DNA from: Acidobacteriota bacterium
Lineage (GTDB): Bacteria > Acidobacteriota > UBA6911 > RPQK01 > JAJDTT01
Assembly (NCBI GenBank): GCA_965209055.1
Contig: OZ242374.1
Location: forward strand, 2,496,001-2,560,000
Direction of reading: 5' to 3'
DNA: 64,000 bases
This document shows positions 26,609-39,186 of this stretch, piece after piece (within the stretch, counting starts at the first letter, position 1; the number at the start of each line of letters is the position of its first letter). A program made the position numbers and the translations under genes. A model generated the notes under the pieces. That model was given only the letters and a program-made list of their open reading frames with translations, was not told where the DNA came from and did not search any database.

Positions 26609-28573
26609 TTAGGCGGTCCACAACACTCCCCCCGGTTCCGCTGGAATCCGGACCGAGAGCCAGGTCCGGCTCCGGTCGATGCGGATGCGGTTTTGGGGGA
26701 TGGGGGCGGTGGCCCGCTCCAGCAACGCCTGGCGTTGGTCCAGGGCGTTCAAAAAGCCACCGTAGCGGGCGAGGCACTCCCGGTCGTTGGTCCGGACGGC
26801 CTGCCCGATGCGGCGGATGACCTGCTCCTCCTCCGGGGACAGGGGCTCGAACTCGGCCTCGGGACCCGGGCCGGCCCAGCGCCGCAGGACCTTCCCGGCC
26901 CGCTCCCGGCGGAGGTCGTCGCGGGCCACCGCGACCACGTGGACCGGGCGGTCTTGTGCGCGTAGCGCCGTCCAGAGCCGGGCGTGCTCCGCCCCCCACG
27001 AGAGCAGCTCCGAGTCGGTGTCCCGGCCGGGATCGACGTAGACGAAGGTCGCCCGGTCCTCCTCCAGGGCCAGTGGGAGCTTGCGGGGGAAGTAGCGGCT
27101 GCGTCCCTGGGCATGGCCGGCATAGTGCCGGCACGGGAACAGCCGCCGGGAAAGGCCCAGCGCCTCCAGCGCCCAGGCCTTCTCCCGCCCGGTGGGAAGC
27201 CACCGATGATTGGGGTGATCGAGAACGTAATCGAGCGAGAGCAGCCGGCGGAGCCGGACCCAGGCGGAAGATCCGGGGTGCGGGACGCGCTCCAGGTCCA
27301 GCGCCCGGTACAGGGCCTTGGCGGCGATGCGGCAGGTCCGGGTGGTGGTGGGCAGGCCGTCGAGGTCCTCCTCGACGCCGTGGCGGCGTGCGACGAGGCG
27401 GCGGACGAAGCGCAGGGCGCGGTTTCTCCGGCAGCGGAAATGGGCGCAGAACTGGGCGCGGGTGAACCAGCCGCCGTACCGGCAGACCAGGGCGATCCAC
27501 TCGGCCTCGGGACCGTGCCAGCCGAAGCGCTCCAGCATGTCGGCGCCCGGCGCCGGACGGGGCGGTCCCAGAATAGGGAGCGGAGGGGAGACGAGCGCCG
27601 GGTCAATCTGGCGGAGACGGATACGCGGTGCCTCCTGGACGCCGGGACGGCCGGAGGACGGCTCGGCGGTCCGCTCCTTGAGCTCGCGGGCGCCGGCGAG
27701 CAGGGCCTCGCTCATGCGCCAGGCGTCGGCAGCGGCCCGGACCAGTTCCCGGGGATCGGACTCCAGGAGTTGGATCCAGCGTTTGGTGTAGAACTCCCCA
27801 TTGCGGGGCCGGTGGCCGAGGCCGATCCGGACGCCGGTCATCAGGGCCGCGATCTCGGCCCGGAGATCTTCGCGGGCGGCAGCAGGCGAGGCGGTCCCGT
27901 CCCGAAGCGCGGCGGCGAGGCCCGGGCGGTTCAACCGGTCCGGGTGGCCGGTCCCGTGGCCGAGTTCGTGAAGAAGGGTCTGGTAATAGCGCTGGGCGCC
28001 GACGAATTGGGAGGGTGGCGGCAGGACGATCCGGTCCTCTTCCAGGTGGTAGTAGGCCCGGTCGCCGGGTTCGTGGCGGCGGCCGACGCCGCTGGCTTCG
28101 AGCAGGCGCTCGACCCGTTCGTGGACCTCCCAGGAAGGCGGGGGCCGGTCGTCGCGCGGTGGGAGGAACAGGCCCTCGGTCTGCTCGACGTTGAAAAGAC
28201 CGACCGAGCCCTCTTCGGAGCCGTCCTCCGCTGGGGGGCTCTCTGCCGGCGGGGAATCAAGATCCCGAGTCGGGAGGGGGAGGACGCCCTTCTGGTCCTT
28301 AGAAATTCGGCCCCCGGCGGCTTCGATCCGGTCCCGGGTGCCCCAGCGGGGATCCGAGTATCCCCGCTCGACGGCCAGGCAGAGAAGGTGGAGTCCCTGG
28401 ACCCCGTCGTAGTACTGGCGGGAAGGGAAGCGCTCGGGCCAGATCCGGTCCTCGGAAGACTGGTGTTGTTGCCAGGGGGACCGGCGGTTGCGAAGCTGGG
28501 CGAGGACCCGCAGGACGAAGGTCTCCAGGACCGGCCGGGGTTCGGGGGGTGGGACTCGGCGGCGCCAGAGCAT
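26609..28573 (-). CDS. ArdC-like ssDNA-binding/zincin antirestriction protein fused to a C-terminal domain of unknown function
   Basis: GYSDPRWGT...KDQKG; RAYYHLEEDRIVLP...LLHELGHGTGHPDRLNR; start moved to ATG 28573 (RBS AGAGGT) because the longer ORF overlaps a tRNA. Confidence 0.75.
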   Translation of the reverse strand: MLWRRRVPPPEPRPVLETFVLRVLAQLRNRRSPWQQHQSSEDRIWPERFPSRQYYDGVQGLHLLCLAVERGYSDPRWGTRDRIEAAGGRISKDQKGVLPLPTRDLDSPPAESPPAEDGSEEGSVGLFNVEQTEGLFLPPRDDRPPPSWEVHERVERLLEASGVGRRHEPGDRAYYHLEEDRIVLPPPSQFVGAQRYYQTLLHELGHGTGHPDRLNRPGLAAALRDGTASPAAAREDLRAEIAALMTGVRIGLGHRPRNGEFYTKRWIQLLESDPRELVRAAADAWRMSEALLAGARELKERTAEPSSGRPGVQEAPRIRLRQIDPALVSPPLPILGPPRPAPGADMLERFGWHGPEAEWIALVCRYGGWFTRAQFCAHFRCRRNRALRFVRRLVARRHGVEEDLDGLPTTTRTCRIAAKALYRALDLERVPHPGSSAWVRLRRLLSLDYVLDHPNHRWLPTGREKAWALEALGLSRRLFPCRHYAGHAQGRSRYFPRKLPLALEEDRATFVYVDPGRDTDSELLSWGAEHARLWTALRAQDRPVHVVAVARDDLRRERAGKVLRRWAGPGPEAEFEPLSPEEEQVIRRIGQAVRTNDRECLARYGGFLNALDQRQALLERATAPIPQNRIRIDRSRTWLSVRIPAEPGGVLWTA

Positions 28574-28781
28574 GAGGATCGCACCTCTTCCGGGAATGCG
28601 GGTCTGGAACCAGGATCTCGTGGATTGAGGATACACTCCGGAGAAAACCCCTGTTGGGATCTTCCCTGGCTGTTGGAGACGGATTCGCCGGTCGGGGAGG
28701 CCGGAACCGTCGGTGGTGGCTTCCGGGCGCGCTTCCTGGATATGATCGGTTCGCCGGTCCCCGGTGGAGAGGTGGATGGAT

Positions 28782-28868
28782 GCCCGGGTGGCGAAACCGG
28801 CAGACGCGCGGGACTTAAAATCCTGTGGAGGTTCTCCCTCCATGTGGGTTCGACTCCCACCCCGGGCA
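28782..28868 (+). tRNA. tRNA-Leu(TAA), island-borne, CCA not encoded
   Basis: GCCCGGG acceptor stem, D-arm GGCGAAACCGGCAGACGC, anticodon loop CTTAAAA, long variable arm, T-arm GTGGGTTCGACTCCCAC. Confidence 0.9.
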
Positions 28869-28979
28869 CTCTTTGAAAGCCCCCCGCCACAGGCCGCCCA
28901 GGAGATTGAAAGCCGGTTCCGTTCCCTTCCAGGCGATCTCTGGATGTCTTGGGTTTTTTCAACGGGAAACGAGCTGGCG

Positions 28980-30230
28980 CTAGAGACCACCGCTCAGGTG
29001 GATTCCTGAGTCTTGATCCAGTCGCTTTGGATGCGTCGGAACGGCATCAGTTTTCAGTTGATCGAGGTAGTCGGCCCACTCCTGCATCATCTTTCGCCGT
29101 TCCGGCAGATAGGCCGTGCGGTTGTAGGCTCGGCCGTTGGGGTCCCGCACCGCGTGTGCCAACTGGTGCTCGATGAAGTCGGGACGAAAGCCCAGCACCT
29201 CATCCAGGATCGTTCTTGCCATCGCCCGAAACCCATGGCCCGTCATCTCCTCCTTGCCGACACCCATACGCCGCAGGGCGGCGAGAACGGCATTGTCGCT
29301 CATGGGCCGGTCTCCCCTCGGAGTGCGGGCACTCGGAAACACATAGCGCCCCTGCCCGGTCAGAGGGTGTAGTTCGCGCAGGATCTCCACCGCTTGGCGG
29401 GAGAGCGGAACGATATGGCGAATCTCGGTCTTGCTGACTGTGTAGCGCCACTCGGCCGCCTCCAGATCGATGTCCGACCACTGAGCTTGGCGTAACTCTC
29501 CAGGTCGAACGAAGACCAGCGGAGCGAAGCGCAGGGCACAGCGCACGATCAGTGTCCCTTGGTAGCCGTCCAAGACTCGCAGCAAGGGACCCACCTGCTT
29601 CGGTTCGGTGAGCGCTGCAAAGTGTTTGGTCCTGAACGGCGGCAACGCACCCCGTAAGTCACCCGAAGGGTCACGCTGTGCCCTTCCAGTGGCCACGGCA
29701 TAGCGAAATACTTGGCCGCAGATCTGAAGCGTCCGGTGGGCACTCTCCAGAGCCCCCCGTTGTTCGATCCGGCGAACGACCGTCAACAATTCGGGTGCGG
29801 TGATGGTAGACGCGGGGTTGCTGCCCATCCACGGGAAAACATCTCGCTCCAGTCGGCTGAGGACCCGGCTGGCATGACTGGTGGCCCAGTTGAGAGAATG
29901 TTTGCTGAACCATTCCCGCGCCACGGCTTCGAAGCTGTTGGCGGCCCCTTGCTCTTTCGCGGCCTTCTGCGCTTTGCGGTGCTCGCTGGGATTGATCCCC
30001 TGAGCCAATAGCCGGCGAGCCTCCTGGCGCCGAGTCCGGGCTTGTTTCAGAGATACGTCCGGATAGACACCCAGGGAGATCCGCTTCTCCTTGCCTGCGA
30101 AGCGGTATTTCAGGCGCCACCACTTGTTGCCGCGGGGAGTTAATTCCAAGTACAGACCGCCTCCGTCGAACATTTTTCGGGTCTTCGGCGAGGGTTTGGC
30201 ATGACGGATGGCAATGGCGGTGAGTGGCAT
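28980..30230 (-). CDS. P4-like integrase (arm-binding domain plus tyrosine recombinase)
   Basis: MPLTAIAIRHAKP, DGGGLYL, WRLKYRFAGKEKRISLGVYP, VRPGELR, HGFR, QLAH, AYNR. Confidence 0.95.
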   Translation of the reverse strand: MPLTAIAIRHAKPSPKTRKMFDGGGLYLELTPRGNKWWRLKYRFAGKEKRISLGVYPDVSLKQARTRRQEARRLLAQGINPSEHRKAQKAAKEQGAANSFEAVAREWFSKHSLNWATSHASRVLSRLERDVFPWMGSNPASTITAPELLTVVRRIEQRGALESAHRTLQICGQVFRYAVATGRAQRDPSGDLRGALPPFRTKHFAALTEPKQVGPLLRVLDGYQGTLIVRCALRFAPLVFVRPGELRQAQWSDIDLEAAEWRYTVSKTEIRHIVPLSRQAVEILRELHPLTGQGRYVFPSARTPRGDRPMSDNAVLAALRRMGVGKEEMTGHGFRAMARTILDEVLGFRPDFIEHQLAHAVRDPNGRAYNRTAYLPERRKMMQEWADYLDQLKTDAVPTHPKRLDQDSGIHLSGGL

Positions 30231-30260
30231 GGGGGCAACTCCTCTCGACAATTTCTAATC

Positions 30261-30290
30261 TGCCCCCAATATTGCCCCCAGATACCCCCG
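30261..30290 (+). repeat. Integrase arm-type sites
   Basis: TGCCCCCAATATTGCCCCCAGATACCCCCG mirrors 3481-3501. Confidence 0.7.
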
Positions 30291-30392
30291 GATGTCAAGA
30301 ATACTATTGGAATAGGATAGGCGAAAATTCGAGCTAAATAGCTGTTGAATAGATACTTGATGGACTTTCATGGATCTCTATGGAAGAGGAAT

Positions 30393-30469
<77 letters not shown>

Positions 30470-30553
30470 TTGCAGAAACGAAAATTATAGCCCAGCCCGG
30501 AAGAACCTGGCAACCGGCCCCGGCCCCGTGGAGGCGCCTCCCGCTAGGGTAGA

Positions 30554-31018
30554 ATGAAGCCTGTGGCCAGGAACGTGGGGGTCGAAATACCTGAACGGAT
30601 CATCGCCGAGATCCGCAAGGATCCTCCGGTTTCCGAGGCCGTTCCGCTCGTCAGCGTCGACCCGGATGGGTATCCTCATGTCGCTCTCCTGTCCTATCTC
30701 GAACTGTTCCTCCAGGACGGGTCCCTCTGCTTTTTCGTCCACGGCGGGAGCCGTACGGGACGCTTCCTCAAATCCGGCCGACGCTGTACTCTCCTGTTCG
30801 TGAACCGCGACTACGTGGTCTACGTCAAGGGACGGGCTCGTTGGCAGGGGGACCGGGAGTCCTGCTCCGTTTTCCGGCTCCGGGTGGAGGCGGTGTTGGA
30901 AGACTCTCCGCTGCCCGAGGAAGGGGACGTGTTCCTGCAAAGCGGAATCCGGTTCGGAGCCGGTGAAGAATGGATTGAGAGTCGAGTCCGGTTGAGACGG
31001 AGGATGGTATGGAACTGA
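30554..31018 (+). CDS. Pyridoxamine 5'-phosphate oxidase-like FMN-binding protein
   Basis: LVSVDPDGYPHVALLS, GSRT. Confidence 0.65.
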   Translation: MKPVARNVGVEIPERIIAEIRKDPPVSEAVPLVSVDPDGYPHVALLSYLELFLQDGSLCFFVHGGSRTGRFLKSGRRCTLLFVNRDYVVYVKGRARWQGDRESCSVFRLRVEAVLEDSPLPEEGDVFLQSGIRFGAGEEWIESRVRLRRRMVWN

Positions 31019-32436
31019 CGAATCACCGGGCCGACGCCGTTGTGGTCGGCGCCGGTCCCGGAGGCTACGCGGCCGCGTTCCGGGCGGCCGATCTGGGGCT
31101 CAAGGTGATCCTGGTGGACGCCCGGGGACGGCCCGGAGGCGTCTGTCTTCACGACGGCTGCATTCCCTCGAAGACGTTGCTCCATGTGGCCGGCCTGCTG
31201 GGACAGATCCGCGAGGCGGATCGGCTGGGGATCGAGGTGGGAGAGCCGAGGGTGAATCTGAAACGGCTCCGGGCCTGGAAGACCTCGGTCATCGACCGGC
31301 TCGCGTCCGGAGTTGCGGATCTGGCCCGGCGGCGCGGCGTGCAATCGATGTGGGGAAGAGCTCGATTCCTGTCCTCGGGCCGGCTCGCCGTGGAGGGCGA
31401 GGAAGCTGCGGAGATCGCCTTCGATCACGCGGTCCTGGCCACGGGGTCGCGCCCCGTGGTTCTGCCGGGCATGCCGCGAAACAGCTCCCGCCTCCTGGAC
31501 TCCACCAGTGCCCTCGACCTGGAGACGATTCCCGAAACCTTGTTGGTGATCGGCGGTGGCTACATTGGCCTGGAGCTGGGGACGGTCTACGCGGCTCTGG
31601 GAAGCCGGGTCACCGTGGTGGAGATGTTGGACGGGTTGCTTCCCGGCGTCGACCGCGATCTGGTCCGGCCTCTGGCGAAACGCCTTCAGAATCTATTCGA
31701 GGCCATCCATCTGCGGAGCCGGGTCGGCCGCGTTCGGGAAACGGACGGGGGACTGGAGGTCGATCTGGAGTTGCCGGGCCAGGCGGTTTCGCTCGTCTTC
31801 GATCAGGTGCTGGTGGCGGTGGGCCGCCGTCCCAACTCGGAAGGGCTGGGTCTGGAGAACACGGGGGTGAGGGTCGACGCCCAGGGCTTCATCCGGACCG
31901 ATTCCCAGTGCCGGACCGATGATCCGGCCATCTTCGCCATCGGCGACGTGGCAGGCCAACCCATGCTGGCTCACAAGGCGACGAGGGAAGCCAAGGTGGC
32001 CGCCGAGGTCATCGCCGGCGAGGAATCCAGTTATGAGCCGGAGGCGGTTCCGGCCGTGGTCTTCACCGATCCGGAGGTGGCCTGGTGCGGCCTGACCGAA
32101 GGGGAAGCCAGGGACGAGGGTCAGGACATTCAGGTGGTGCGGTTCCCCTGGGCGGCGTCGGGCCGGGCCCTGACCATGGGAAGGCCCGAGGGGCTGACGA
32201 AGATGATTCTTGATCCGGACTCGGGACAGGTCCTGGGAGTCGGCATCGTGGGCGCCCACGCCGGCGAGCTCATCGCGGAAGGGGTGGCGGCCATCGAGAT
32301 GGCGGCCCTGGCCGAGGATCTGGCGCTCTGTATTCACGCCCATCCCACCCTTTCCGAGACCCTGGGCGAGGCGGCTGAGTCCTTCATGGGCCAGCCCACC
32401 CACCTGTACCGTCCGCCGCGAAGGAGGAGATTCTAG
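31009..32436 (+). CDS. lpdA: Dihydrolipoyl dehydrogenase
   Basis: GAGPGGY, GGVCLHDGCIPSK, GGGYIGLE, MLAHKA, HAHPTLSE. Confidence 0.95.
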   Translation: MELTNHRADAVVVGAGPGGYAAAFRAADLGLKVILVDARGRPGGVCLHDGCIPSKTLLHVAGLLGQIREADRLGIEVGEPRVNLKRLRAWKTSVIDRLASGVADLARRRGVQSMWGRARFLSSGRLAVEGEEAAEIAFDHAVLATGSRPVVLPGMPRNSSRLLDSTSALDLETIPETLLVIGGGYIGLELGTVYAALGSRVTVVEMLDGLLPGVDRDLVRPLAKRLQNLFEAIHLRSRVGRVRETDGGLEVDLELPGQAVSLVFDQVLVAVGRRPNSEGLGLENTGVRVDAQGFIRTDSQCRTDDPAIFAIGDVAGQPMLAHKATREAKVAAEVIAGEESSYEPEAVPAVVFTDPEVAWCGLTEGEARDEGQDIQVVRFPWAASGRALTMGRPEGLTKMILDPDSGQVLGVGIVGAHAGELIAEGVAAIEMAALAEDLALCIHAHPTLSETLGEAAESFMGQPTHLYRPPRRRRF

Positions 32437-32588
32437 GAGGGAAGGAAGGGCGTTTTTCAGGCGCGCCGTAGGTACAATAGCGTCCGGCGCCCGGAACGAC
32501 GCTGCTCCAGTCGCCGCTCCAGCCGTTTGCCTTGCGCTGGCGATCGGGGGTATTTTTGGGGCCGCCGCCGAGAAAGGATCGATCCACC

Positions 32589-35294
<2,706 letters not shown>

Positions 35295-35331
35295 CCCGGA
35301 ATGAGGGAGGGGACCGGTTGAGGCTGAATCG

Positions 35332-36000
35332 TTGACCGCTCGAGCCCGAACCATTGAGTTGCCCATTTTTCCCCTCCCCGGAGTCGTGTTCTTCCCCCGG
35401 GTGGTCCTCCCCCTGCACATCTTCGAACCGCGCTACAAGGCCATGGTGGCCAGCGCCCTGGACGGGAACGGACACATCGGCATGGTCCTCCTCCGGGAGG
35501 GGTGGCGCCCTCAATACCACGCTTCCCCGCCGGTCTTCGGAACCGGCACCATGGGTCTGATCACTCAGCCGGAAGAGCTTGAGGACGGCAAGTACAACCT
35601 CCTGCTCCGGGGGCTTCAGCGTTATCAGATCTTGGAATTCCTGCAGGAAACGCCCTTCCGGCTGGCCCGGGTCCGGCTTCTGGAGGACGTGGCCCCGGAC
35701 GAACGCGACGCTCAGGCCCTTCGCTGGAAGATGGCCAAGCGCCTGGACCAGTTGGCGCCCGAGATCAAGTTTCCGCCTCTGGAGCCCAAATTGGCCGGAC
35801 GGATCGATTTCCTGACCATGATCAACCTGATCTGTTGTTGCCTGGACCTCTCCGTCTACGACAAGCAGCGGCTGCTGGAGACGGGCGATCTGTCGGTGCG
35901 GGCTCGCGGAGTCCTGGGGGTGCTGGACCGGAAGCTGAAGGCCAAGAAACTGGTCTCGGGCTTTCAGACGCTCCGGCCCGAGCATCCGGAGCGGAATTGA
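35332..36000 (+). CDS. LON peptidase substrate-binding domain protein
   Basis: LPIFPLPGVVFFP, LPLHIFEPRYKAMV. Confidence 0.9.
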   Translation: MTARARTIELPIFPLPGVVFFPRVVLPLHIFEPRYKAMVASALDGNGHIGMVLLREGWRPQYHASPPVFGTGTMGLITQPEELEDGKYNLLLRGLQRYQILEFLQETPFRLARVRLLEDVAPDERDAQALRWKMAKRLDQLAPEIKFPPLEPKLAGRIDFLTMINLICCCLDLSVYDKQRLLETGDLSVRARGVLGVLDRKLKAKKLVSGFQTLRPEHPERN

Positions 36001-36046
36001 GTTTACGACGCGGCGACCGGCCACAGACGGCGGGACTGGATTTTCG

Positions 36047-38128
36047 ATGAGAGTGATTCGGCTGCTGGCGCTTTGTCTGACGACCACGGTCCTTCCGGCG
36101 GCCACGTCCGGTCCGGAACGGAATCTCAGTTATGACATCCAGGCCAGTCTGGATCCGGTTTCCAGGACGGTCGAGGCTCAACAGGTTCTGAACTGGCGAA
36201 ACTCCTCGGACACGCCCGTCAGGGAGTTCCACTTTCACCTCTACCTGAACGCCTTCCGGAACAACCGCTCCACCATGATGTGGGAGCTGGATTTCGCCCC
36301 CTTCTGGAGGGACAAGGACCCGATTCCCGAGGACTACTGGGGTTTCATCGACGTCCAATCCATCCAGGTCGAGGCGGACGGACCGGAGGGCCCCACCCGC
36401 GTGGTGCGCCGCCGTTTCATCCATCCGGACGACGACAACGCCGAGGACCGGACGGTGCTGCAGGTCGAGCTGGACCGGCCTCTTGCCCCCGGCGAGCAGG
36501 TGCGTTTTCGAATCGCGTTCACCTCCAAGCTGCCCCGAGGCGCCCGCAGGACCGGCTGGGTGGAGGACTACTACTTCGTGGCCCAGTGGTTTCCCAAGCT
36601 GGGCGTCTTCGCCGACGGCGCCTGGTATTGCCACCAATATCATCGCCACTCCGAGTTCTTCGCCGATTTCGGGGACTATGAGGTGAGCCTCACGGTCCCG
36701 TCGGGCATGGTGGTGGGGGCCACAGGACGTCAGGTTGGCGAGACCGACAATGAGGACGGTACCCGCACGCACCGTTTTCAACAGGAAAACGTGCATGATT
36801 TCACCTGGGTGGCCAGCTCCCGGCTGATGCCCCGGACCCGGAGGTTCGATCATCCCGGCCTTCCCCCCGTCGACATGCGGCTGCTTCTGCTGGAGGAGCA
36901 TGAGCACCTGGAGGAACGGTACTTCCGGGCCATGGAGCATTCCCTGCGCCTCTTCGGGAGCTGGTTCGGACCCTATCCCTACTCGGTCCTGACCTTGGTC
37001 GATCCTCCCTACAACAGCCGCACCGGGGGAATGGAATACCCCACTCTCGTGACCGGGAGGACCGATTTCTGGTCGCCCCCGGAGACGCTCTCGCCCGAAG
37101 GGGTCACCATTCATGAAGTGGCCCATCAATGGTGGTACGGCCTGGTGGCCACCAACGAAGCCGAAGAGGCCTGGCTGGACGAAGGGATCACCTCTTGGGC
37201 TACGGACCGGGCCGCACGCGAAGCCTATGAGCCCCGGGTCCACGTGGAATGGCTCCTGGGGGAGGTCCCGCTTTCGTTCCCCTCCGTGACCCGCCCGTTC
37301 GAGACCCGGAACCTGGCCTGGGTGCGCCGCGGCGGACGCCTGGACGTCATGACCCGCAATTCCTGGAGTTTCCGGAACCGGCGCAGCTATTTCGTCAACG
37401 CCTACGCCAAGCCCGATATGGTCTTGTGGACCCTGGAACGGTACCTGGGCGCCGAGGTCATGCTGCGGGCGATCCGGACCTGGTTCGAGCGTTACCGGTA
37501 CCGCCATCCCACCGCGGAGGACTTTGTCCGAACGGTCAGCGAGGTGGCCGGCGAGGACCTGGATTGGTTCTTCCGGGAGACGATCCACAGCGCCGAGACG
37601 GTGGACTACGCCGTGACCGAAGCCCGTTCCAGGGCTATTCCGGACCTGAAGGGGGTGCCTCCGGGCGAAGCCGAAATCGTTGAGGAGGTGACCGTCGCGG
37701 AGGGCGGTGAGAGTTCCGAGCCGGAGGGCTCGGCCGCCGATCGGGATCCGGAAGACGCCGAAGCTGTTTCGACCGGAGGGGAAGGCGAGTCGAAGAAGAT
37801 CTACTGGAGCCGCGTGGTGGTGACGCGATTGCAGGGAGGACGGTTCCCGGTCGAGGTGGTCATGGAGTTCGACGACGGGAAACGGTTCCGGCGCCTCTGG
37901 GACGGGCAGTACCGGTGGGTCCGATACGAGTTCAAGCGTCCGTCGCGGCTCAAGTCCGCCGTGGTCGATCCGGACCGGAAGCTGCTTCTGGACATCAATC
38001 CCACCAACAACAGTCGACTGGTGAAGCCGCCGGCAAGCGGCCGACACTCCCTGGCCACCCGGAAGTGGACCGCAAAGTGGCTCTTCTGGCTGCAGAACCT
38101 GATGGAAGTCTTCGCTCTGATCTCATGA
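36047..38128 (+). CDS. M1-family aminopeptidase, secreted
   Basis: GGMEYP, HEVAHQWW, WLDEG; signal peptide. Confidence 0.92.
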   Translation: MRVIRLLALCLTTTVLPAATSGPERNLSYDIQASLDPVSRTVEAQQVLNWRNSSDTPVREFHFHLYLNAFRNNRSTMMWELDFAPFWRDKDPIPEDYWGFIDVQSIQVEADGPEGPTRVVRRRFIHPDDDNAEDRTVLQVELDRPLAPGEQVRFRIAFTSKLPRGARRTGWVEDYYFVAQWFPKLGVFADGAWYCHQYHRHSEFFADFGDYEVSLTVPSGMVVGATGRQVGETDNEDGTRTHRFQQENVHDFTWVASSRLMPRTRRFDHPGLPPVDMRLLLLEEHEHLEERYFRAMEHSLRLFGSWFGPYPYSVLTLVDPPYNSRTGGMEYPTLVTGRTDFWSPPETLSPEGVTIHEVAHQWWYGLVATNEAEEAWLDEGITSWATDRAAREAYEPRVHVEWLLGEVPLSFPSVTRPFETRNLAWVRRGGRLDVMTRNSWSFRNRRSYFVNAYAKPDMVLWTLERYLGAEVMLRAIRTWFERYRYRHPTAEDFVRTVSEVAGEDLDWFFRETIHSAETVDYAVTEARSRAIPDLKGVPPGEAEIVEEVTVAEGGESSEPEGSAADRDPEDAEAVSTGGEGESKKIYWSRVVVTRLQGGRFPVEVVMEFDDGKRFRRLWDGQYRWVRYEFKRPSRLKSAVVDPDRKLLLDINPTNNSRLVKPPASGRHSLATRKWTAKWLFWLQNLMEVFALIS

Positions 38129-39186
38129 CACTCACCGGCTGCGTGGCTCAGGGTTGGCGGAATCTGTCGGCCCACAAGAAGTCGATTCTCTATCTCTACC
38201 TGGTGATCCTGGGATCGGCGTCCATCCTCCTCCTTCCCTTCATGGAGAGCTTCGAGTCCTCCCTGGGCGCCGGCGTCTATCGGGAACGGCTGGTGACGAC
38301 TCTGGACTACGACTGGTACCAGCTCTTCCGGGACCGGACCCGGGGAGCGGCCGAGAGCTTCGGTCCCTGGGTCCTGGGAGCAGGACCGTTCCTCCACACC
38401 CTGGAGTTCCTGTTGGAAGACGGTTTCGGCAAGTTGCCGCCGGCGGTTCTCGGCGCCGTTGCCATCTATCTTCTGTTGCACACCTTCGTGCTCTCGGCGG
38501 CAGTCAGCTCCCTTCACCTGCACCCCGGAGGAGGCAGCACGCGGGGTTTCCTCCGCAACGGAGCCGATTTCTTCGGCCGGTTTCTCAGGCTGAGCGTGCT
38601 GGCGCTTCTTCTCTACTGGTGCCTGAGGCAGTTGCTGATCCCGGTGGACGGGTGGGTCGACTCGTATTCCGACGCCGCTGCGACCGAGGTCACAGGTTTC
38701 TACCTCAGCCTGGCCCGCTATCTCCTGGTCCTCGTCCTGATTCTGTTACTGGACCTGGTTCTCGACTACGCTCGAATCAAGGTCGTCCTGGAAGACCGCA
38801 CCAGCATCCTGCTGGCCGTGTTGGCCGCCGCCCGATTCTGCGCGAGTCATTTCCTGGGCGCCACCGGACTCTATCTGCTCCTGGCCTGTTTCACCCTGGT
38901 CTGGGCCGGGCTCTACCTGGGCGTCGACACGTTGGTTGACGGCCATTCCCGGGGAGGAATCCTGGTGGCGTTCGTGGTGCAGCAGATCTGCATGCTGGGC
39001 AGAATGGCCCTCAAGCTCCTGGGCTTCGGCGCCCAGATCCAGTTCGTCATGAGCCGGGACCCCTGGTTCCGCGACCGGGACCCTCTGGGAGGTGGACCGG
39101 GAGGGGGGACTTTCCTGTCCCCTCCGGAGCAGGCGACGTCCCCGTCCCCCGCACCCCCATCAGCAAAACCGGAGGAATCGGCATGA
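38125..39186 (+). CDS. Multi-pass membrane protein
   Basis: Several TM segments; ATGA overlaps with both neighbours. Confidence 0.75.
   Translation: MTLTGCVAQGWRNLSAHKKSILYLYLVILGSASILLLPFMESFESSLGAGVYRERLVTTLDYDWYQLFRDRTRGAAESFGPWVLGAGPFLHTLEFLLEDGFGKLPPAVLGAVAIYLLLHTFVLSAAVSSLHLHPGGGSTRGFLRNGADFFGRFLRLSVLALLLYWCLRQLLIPVDGWVDSYSDAAATEVTGFYLSLARYLLVLVLILLLDLVLDYARIKVVLEDRTSILLAVLAAARFCASHFLGATGLYLLLACFTLVWAGLYLGVDTLVDGHSRGGILVAFVVQQICMLGRMALKLLGFGAQIQFVMSRDPWFRDRDPLGGGPGGGTFLSPPEQATSPSPAPPSAKPEESA

Noticed and set aside
26984-28876. 630-aa + strand ORF
   Set aside because: Antisense shadow of the ArdC fusion in high-GC DNA
28574-28990. N-terminal 139 aa of the 793-aa ORF
   Set aside because: Overlaps tRNA-Leu and the integrase end; a better RBS and ATG lie at 28573
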